Source: Nitrosopumilus sp.
GTDB taxonomy: Archaea > Thermoproteota > Nitrososphaeria > Nitrososphaerales > Nitrosopumilaceae
Assembly: GCA_013911135.1 (NCBI GenBank)
Contig: JACERO010000070.1
Coordinates: 15,263-79,262 of the forward strand
Length of the DNA: 64,000 bases
Direction of reading: 5' to 3'
Within the stretch, counting starts at the first letter, position 1. Each line of letters starts with the position of its first letter. The translations under genes were made by a program, and so were the position numbers. Positions 58,981 through 64,000 of this stretch are shown piece by piece. Below the pieces are notes generated by a model. That model ran no database searches, was not told the DNA's origin, and saw nothing but the letters and a program-made list of their open reading frames with translations.

Positions 58981-60130
58981 ACAGAGTTCTGGTTCTAGTC
59001 AACATTACTGCCTTAATCATTGGAATTTCATATGGACTGCATGGACCAATTCTACCATTATTTGCAAAAAATGTAATTGGTGCTACGTATTCTGAACTTG
59101 GATTAATTGGATTAACCAATTTTATCCCTTACATGTTCATTCCACTTTTTGTAGGAATTCTTCTTGACAGGTTTAACAGTAGATGCCTACTTGCATTAGG
59201 AGCTGCTATCAATTCCGCATCAATCTACCTCCTATCAATCGCACAATCAGTTCCAGAAATAATGAGATTTAGAATAATGAGGGGAGTGGCTCATGCATTT
59301 TTTTGGCCACCGTGTCAGGCTATAATCGCGACTGAGAGTACAGAGAAAAACAGAGTCAAAAATATTCCTGGTTTACAATGTTTTTTGTTATTGGATTTAT
59401 GGTAGGTCCATTACTTAGCACAGTATTACTTGATGGCATTGATATTACCTATAGAATTCTATTCCAAATTACAGCGTTTATTCTAGCTACTGCAATAATC
59501 TCTGCACTAATTATCTCAAGAAAAAGAGTAAGAACTCACCATGAACGATTATCTTTTTCATCAATTAAAGAGATGAAAAGATTTCCAGAAGTAATAATCT
59601 TATTGATTTTCTGTACATCGTCTTTTGGAATAATTCTCACAATTTATCCAGCGTTTCTAAATGACAATGGCATGTCAGCTACAGATATTTTGTTATTGTA
59701 TTTTGTTTTTGGAGTATCACGTGTTATATCACTTGCATTAGTTGGAAAGTTTGCAAAAAAATCAAGTCAGACCTTGATTGCAGCAACAATGGCAGTATCA
59801 ATTGGATTAGCCATATCAGTTGTTGCAGATTCAATCATTGGTTTTGCAGTTTCATTAGTTCTAATGGGATTTGGGTTTAGCATATTTTTCCCCTTGACGC
59901 TAGAAATAATTTTGAGTAAAACTAGAAAAGAAATTTCAGGAAGATTAATTGGAGCATATGAAACAATTTTTGGAATAGGTTGGGCAATAGGACCAATTAT
60001 TGGCGGTCCAGTCACAGAATCATTTGGAGATGAAACACCATATTTGATATTTTGTGTAATAGGAATAGCAGTTACATTGTTTGCTATAATGTCAAGAAAG
60101 AAACTAGAACCACAAAGAATCCAAAGCTGA
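58977..60130 (+). pseudogene. MFS transporter split by one frameshift (about 59365)
   Basis: ORF 58977-59405 (GILLDRF motif A) and ORF 59378-60130 join by restoring one base at aat-att-(t)cc-tgg, giving an uninterrupted multi-TM protein. Confidence 0.75.
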
Positions 60131-60192
60131 AATTGATCATAGGCATAAAACTTGAACATTACGTTTAATTTCAAATAAGAGTATACCAGAAT

Positions 60193-60534
60193 ATGTTTGA
60201 TTATTCATTGAATATAGCTGGAAGCGAATGGATGATCATTATTTTTGTTGCAATAGTTTTGATTTTAGGAACAGGAAAGCTTCCTGGTGCTGCAAAAAAA
60301 CTTGGAAAAGCAGTTAATGAATACAATAAAGCAAAAAACGAAATTCAAGACCAGATGGAGATAGGAGAAGAACAATCAGCAAAAATTACAGGGCCAGTAG
60401 AAACTGAACGAGAAAAATTAGAAATCATGGCCAAATCAATGGGAGTAAATGTGGAAAAAACAGATGATGAGTTAAGAAAGATGATTTCAGAGAAGATGGG
60501 TCAAAAGAAAGATGAGCCAGAAAATAAAGAATAG
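60193..60534 (+). CDS. tatA: Twin-arginine translocase TatA/E subunit
   Basis: GSEWMII..A.VLILG..KLP..AK.LG.AV.EY.KA. Confidence 0.88.
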   Translation: MFDYSLNIAGSEWMIIIFVAIVLILGTGKLPGAAKKLGKAVNEYNKAKNEIQDQMEIGEEQSAKITGPVETEREKLEIMAKSMGVNVEKTDDELRKMISEKMGQKKDEPENKE

Positions 60535-60535
60535 A

Positions 60536-61324
60536 TTATTTTGATTTCTTGATTCTATACAAATTTTTATCAAGCCGTTTTTTGGCAAATTTGTAATAGT
60601 CAGGAACAATTTCAAAACCAAGAAATCTTCTGCCAAGAGATTTGCTGACAACGGCTACTTGTCCTGAACCAAGAAATGGATCAAATACAACATCTTTTTT
60701 TTCACTAGAATATTCTAATAATTTTTCAATCAATTCAGAAGGAAGTTTAGTTGGTGTTTTTTCGTCTCCAGTCCAATATTCTCTTTTGATATTCCACACA
60801 TCTTCTTTGTCTTTGTAATGAAGACTTCGTCCATCTTTTGTTTTATCATCTTTTTTGAATCTAGAAAATGGAAAGAATTTTCGTTTTTTATTATCTTTAC
60901 AAACATAAAGACAATGATAGTGAGATGTGACGAACTTCTTTTTAGTAACTACACCAAACTGATACTTCCAGATAATATGGTTAATAGTAACAAATCCAAC
61001 ATCATCTAGTGCTTGTAAAATATCTTTGAGATTATTCCAGCCTGAAAAAACATACATGCTGCCTGAAGCCTTTAGAATTCTAAAAACTTCACTCATCCAT
61101 GCAAATGTAAAATCATAGTAATCATCTGGTTTGATTTCGGCATATCCTGATAGAACTCTAGATTCAGTTCTGTTATAATTTGCTTTTTTTGCTTTAAAAT
61201 TAATGGCAAAAGGAGGATCAGTGATTACAAGATCAATTTTATTTTTAGGAATTAAATTCATTCCTTCAATACAATTTAAATTATAAATTTCGTTGATTTT
61301 GATTTTTTTCATTTTTAAATTCAA
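60536..61324 (-). CDS. Orphan beta-class amino (N4-C/N6-A) DNA methyltransferase
   Basis: IDLVITDPPF (motif IV) precedes VFDPFLGSG (motif I); PTKLP..L; no endonuclease gene adjacent. Confidence 0.9.
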   Translation of the reverse strand: MNLKMKKIKINEIYNLNCIEGMNLIPKNKIDLVITDPPFAINFKAKKANYNRTESRVLSGYAEIKPDDYYDFTFAWMSEVFRILKASGSMYVFSGWNNLKDILQALDDVGFVTINHIIWKYQFGVVTKKKFVTSHYHCLYVCKDNKKRKFFPFSRFKKDDKTKDGRSLHYKDKEDVWNIKREYWTGDEKTPTKLPSELIEKLLEYSSEKKDVVFDPFLGSGQVAVVSKSLGRRFLGFEIVPDYYKFAKKRLDKNLYRIKKSK

Positions 61325-61406
61325 GATTATTTCCTAGCTTAATAATGTCATGGTCAATAGTATTGATTAAACAATAAATCACTAATCATTTCTTATCAAA
61401 TAGATC

Positions 61407-63917
61407 TTGAAATTTTCATGTCCAAAATGTAAGTCAAAAATAGAGATTCAAAAAACATTCAACAAAAAAATGCATGTCTCTTGTGGGAAATGTGGTATTG
61501 AAGATCTACTAGAATTTTCAAAAAATATTGATGAGGTATTTCTTGAATTTCTTTCAAGATTTGATCAAGGTTTAGTCACAGAAAAAGGACTCTCAGAGAA
61601 ACTAAAAGAGGAGGGAATTCTCAGAGGAGAAAACGAAATAAAAGAAATGATTGGTAAAAACAAGCCAGATAAAATCACAAAAGAAATTTTATTTTCAAAA
61701 AAAGACTATATCTCAGAATACAAAGTTTTGAAGAATACTGAGCCTAAAATGGGCTGTAAAGTTGAAGACATTGGACTAGATGAATCCATTTCTGATCATC
61801 TTAAGGAGTTGAAGATAGAACAATTTTACAAATTTCAAGAAGAATCAATTCAAGAAATTATCTTTGGAGAAAATGTTGTAATTGAAGCACCTACTGCATC
61901 AGGAAAAACTGAGGCATTTTTAATTCCAGTAATTCAAAGAATACGAAAAGATGCAAGTGATGGAAATGTATTTGCAATTTTTGTATATCCTACAAAAGCA
62001 TTATCACGAGATCAATATCCAAAAATTCAAAAATTTGCAGAAAAAATTGGAATCAATGTAAAGATTTTTGATGGAGACACAAAACTAGAAGAAAGAAGAG
62101 AAATTATTGATTCTCCACCTCAGATTTTAGTTACAAATTTTGATATTATACACTATCATCTTTGTCATCAGACAAAATTTTCATCAATATTGTCTTCAAC
62201 AAGAATTCTTGTAGTAGATGAAGCACATGTGTATTCAGGAATTTTTGGATCAAATGTTCATTATATAATAAAACGACTCAAGAGAATTTGTAGTAACAAA
62301 TTACAGTTTGTTGCAGCATCAGCTACACTTGATGATGCAAAAAAATTCTGTCAGCAATTGTTTGGAGAAAAAATGAAAATCATTCATGGTTCAGGAAAAA
62401 AAGGTCAGACAGATTTTGTAATGTTGTTTCCATCACTTAGAACTCAAAGAGCATTGATGGTTGATCTTACAAAAAAATTGACTGAGAAAAATCACAAGAC
62501 CATGGTGTTTAACAATTCACATCTAAACTCTGAGCTATTAGCAATACAAGCAAAAAAACAAAAAATCAACATCAAAGTTCACAGGGCTGGTTTGATGGTA
62601 AATTACAGAACCGCAGTTGAAAAACAATTCAAAGAAGACAGATTACAAGCAATTTCATGTACTCCTACGCTTGAATTAGGCATAGATGTAGGTAATGTTG
62701 ATTGTGTCATATCGTCTACTATCCCAGTAAACAGACTAATTCAAAGAATTGGAAGAGCAGCAAGAAAGGGACAACGAGGATATGCATTTTTGGCATTAGG
62801 AAATGATCCTATTTCTCAATACTACAAGAATCATCCTGATGATTATTTTGAAGACATTGAAAAGACATACATCGATCCCAAAAATCCGTTTGTAGAAGAA
62901 TTTCAAGTATTGGCAATGGCATGTGACAGACCAATTTCTAAACATGAACTAAAAGAACATCAAGAAGTAATAGAGCAACACATAATCAAAGAGAAGCTTC
63001 TAGTTGTTAATAATAGAATTATTCCAAATCTTGAGAAAATTAATTCAATGTTAAATGATTACAGCATTAGAGGAATTGGAAAGTCCATAGATATTTTCCT
63101 AAACGAAAGAAAGGTAGGAGACAGGATATTGCCGATTGCATTAGAAGAATTACATAAAGATGCAATCTGTTTTTTGGCAGGTATACGTTACAAAGTAAAG
63201 GAATTTGATTATCAAAAAAAAAATTATGCAAAACTTGAAAAAATTCCAAGAGACTATCCATATTATACAAAATCACTTACAGAAGAATGGCCAACAATTG
63301 AAACTGTTTTTGAGAGAAGAGAAGCAAATGGTATAGAAGTGGCATTTTGTAAATTGCACATTCAAAAGAAAGTTTATGGTTATGTCAACATAGAACTAGG
63401 ACAAGAAGTTACCCAAGGAGAAAAAGTACTATTAGACACTCCACTAGAGTATGATTTTGTTACAAAAGGAATTGTCTTCCATGCACCAAAACCTCTCAAA
63501 GTTATGGAGGTGGCAGAAGATGAAGATTATACTGAAGCCAGTGGATATCATGCAACAGAGCATGTCGTAATAGAGGGAAGCAACATGATCACAGGAGGAG
63601 TATCTCAAGATTTGGGAGGCATATCTTTAGGTACTTCAGGCTTGATTTTCATCTATGATGGAGCAATAGGGGGAAGTGGTGCCAGCAAAGCACTGTATGA
63701 TAGATTTGAGAAAGCCCTTGAGCGAAGTATGCATATTGTAAAAGAGTGTCCATGTGAGAATGAATCTGGATGTCCTAGATGCACGTTCTCATATAGATGT
63801 GGAAACAATAACGAATACTTGCACAAATATTCTGCATTAGAGATTCTGGAGAGAATCAATAATGGTGAGAAAACAGAATTAGTAGATCCTACTGAAGGTG
63901 ATAGACCATTAGTATGA
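61407..63917 (+). CDS. SF2 DEAD/DEAH helicase with C-terminal DUF1998 (Hrq1/MrfA-like) and an N-terminal zinc ribbon
   Basis: APTASGKT, YPTKAL, VDEAH, SAT, HRAG, LELGIDVG and QRIGRAAR; C-terminal CPC..GCPRC..SY.C. Confidence 0.9.
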   Translation: MKFSCPKCKSKIEIQKTFNKKMHVSCGKCGIEDLLEFSKNIDEVFLEFLSRFDQGLVTEKGLSEKLKEEGILRGENEIKEMIGKNKPDKITKEILFSKKDYISEYKVLKNTEPKMGCKVEDIGLDESISDHLKELKIEQFYKFQEESIQEIIFGENVVIEAPTASGKTEAFLIPVIQRIRKDASDGNVFAIFVYPTKALSRDQYPKIQKFAEKIGINVKIFDGDTKLEERREIIDSPPQILVTNFDIIHYHLCHQTKFSSILSSTRILVVDEAHVYSGIFGSNVHYIIKRLKRICSNKLQFVAASATLDDAKKFCQQLFGEKMKIIHGSGKKGQTDFVMLFPSLRTQRALMVDLTKKLTEKNHKTMVFNNSHLNSELLAIQAKKQKINIKVHRAGLMVNYRTAVEKQFKEDRLQAISCTPTLELGIDVGNVDCVISSTIPVNRLIQRIGRAARKGQRGYAFLALGNDPISQYYKNHPDDYFEDIEKTYIDPKNPFVEEFQVLAMACDRPISKHELKEHQEVIEQHIIKEKLLVVNNRIIPNLEKINSMLNDYSIRGIGKSIDIFLNERKVGDRILPIALEELHKDAICFLAGIRYKVKEFDYQKKNYAKLEKIPRDYPYYTKSLTEEWPTIETVFERREANGIEVAFCKLHIQKKVYGYVNIELGQEVTQGEKVLLDTPLEYDFVTKGIVFHAPKPLKVMEVAEDEDYTEASGYHATEHVVIEGSNMITGGVSQDLGGISLGTSGLIFIYDGAIGGSGASKALYDRFEKALERSMHIVKECPCENESGCPRCTFSYRCGNNNEYLHKYSALEILERINNGEKTELVDPTEGDRPLV

Positions 63918-63958
63918 CAAATCAAAATGGGATAAATATGCCAAAAATTAGCACATGT

Positions 63959-64000
63959 ATGGAAAAAGTAGCTCTTGTTACTGGTAGTTCATCAGGGATT
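63959..64000 (+). CDS. Short-chain dehydrogenase/reductase, N-terminus only
   Basis: MEKVALVTGSSSGI (start of the TGxxxGIG motif); runs off the window edge. Confidence 0.7.
   Translation, partial: MEKVALVTGSSSGI

Noticed and set aside
60536-63917. MTase plus DUF1998 helicase as a DISARM/Druantia-type defence island
   Set aside because: The genes are divergent, no other DISARM components (DrmA, DrmD, DrmC, DrmE) are present, and the flanks are housekeeping genes. A repair helicase and an orphan MTase fit better.

Overview
AT-rich core-genome segment of an ammonia-oxidising archaeon (Nitrososphaerota/Thaumarchaeota, Nitrosopumilaceae-like). The assignment rests on the archaeal NirK, the 3-hydroxypropionate/4-hydroxybutyrate-cycle enzyme pair, the divergent FtsZ, the nurA-herA-mre11-rad50 order and lineage-typical surface proteins. 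The window holds about 60 genes: H+-PPase, Rpo7/Spt4, NAD synthesis, DNA-end resection, ribosomal proteins L15e/L31e/L39e, split MetH plus a MetF-like gene, an ABC transporter, an arginine/lysine supercluster with two LysW carriers and two LysX-family ligases, Dph5, FAD synthesis, DnaG, GDH, proteasome alpha, TatA, an orphan DNA methyltransferase and a DUF1998 helicase. I found no rRNA, tRNA, CRISPR array, transposase or integrase. Three observations stand out. (1) The LysW carrier next to the lysine-type ligase ends in EDWGQ instead of the catalytically required EDWGE. (2) A 161-aa HEAT protein looks like one half of eukaryotic deoxyhypusine hydroxylase, with two His-Glu motifs. (3) At least six accessory genes carry frameshift or nonsense lesions while the long core genes are intact, which suggests real gene erosion. 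All protein assignments come from motif recognition by eye; no database search was run.
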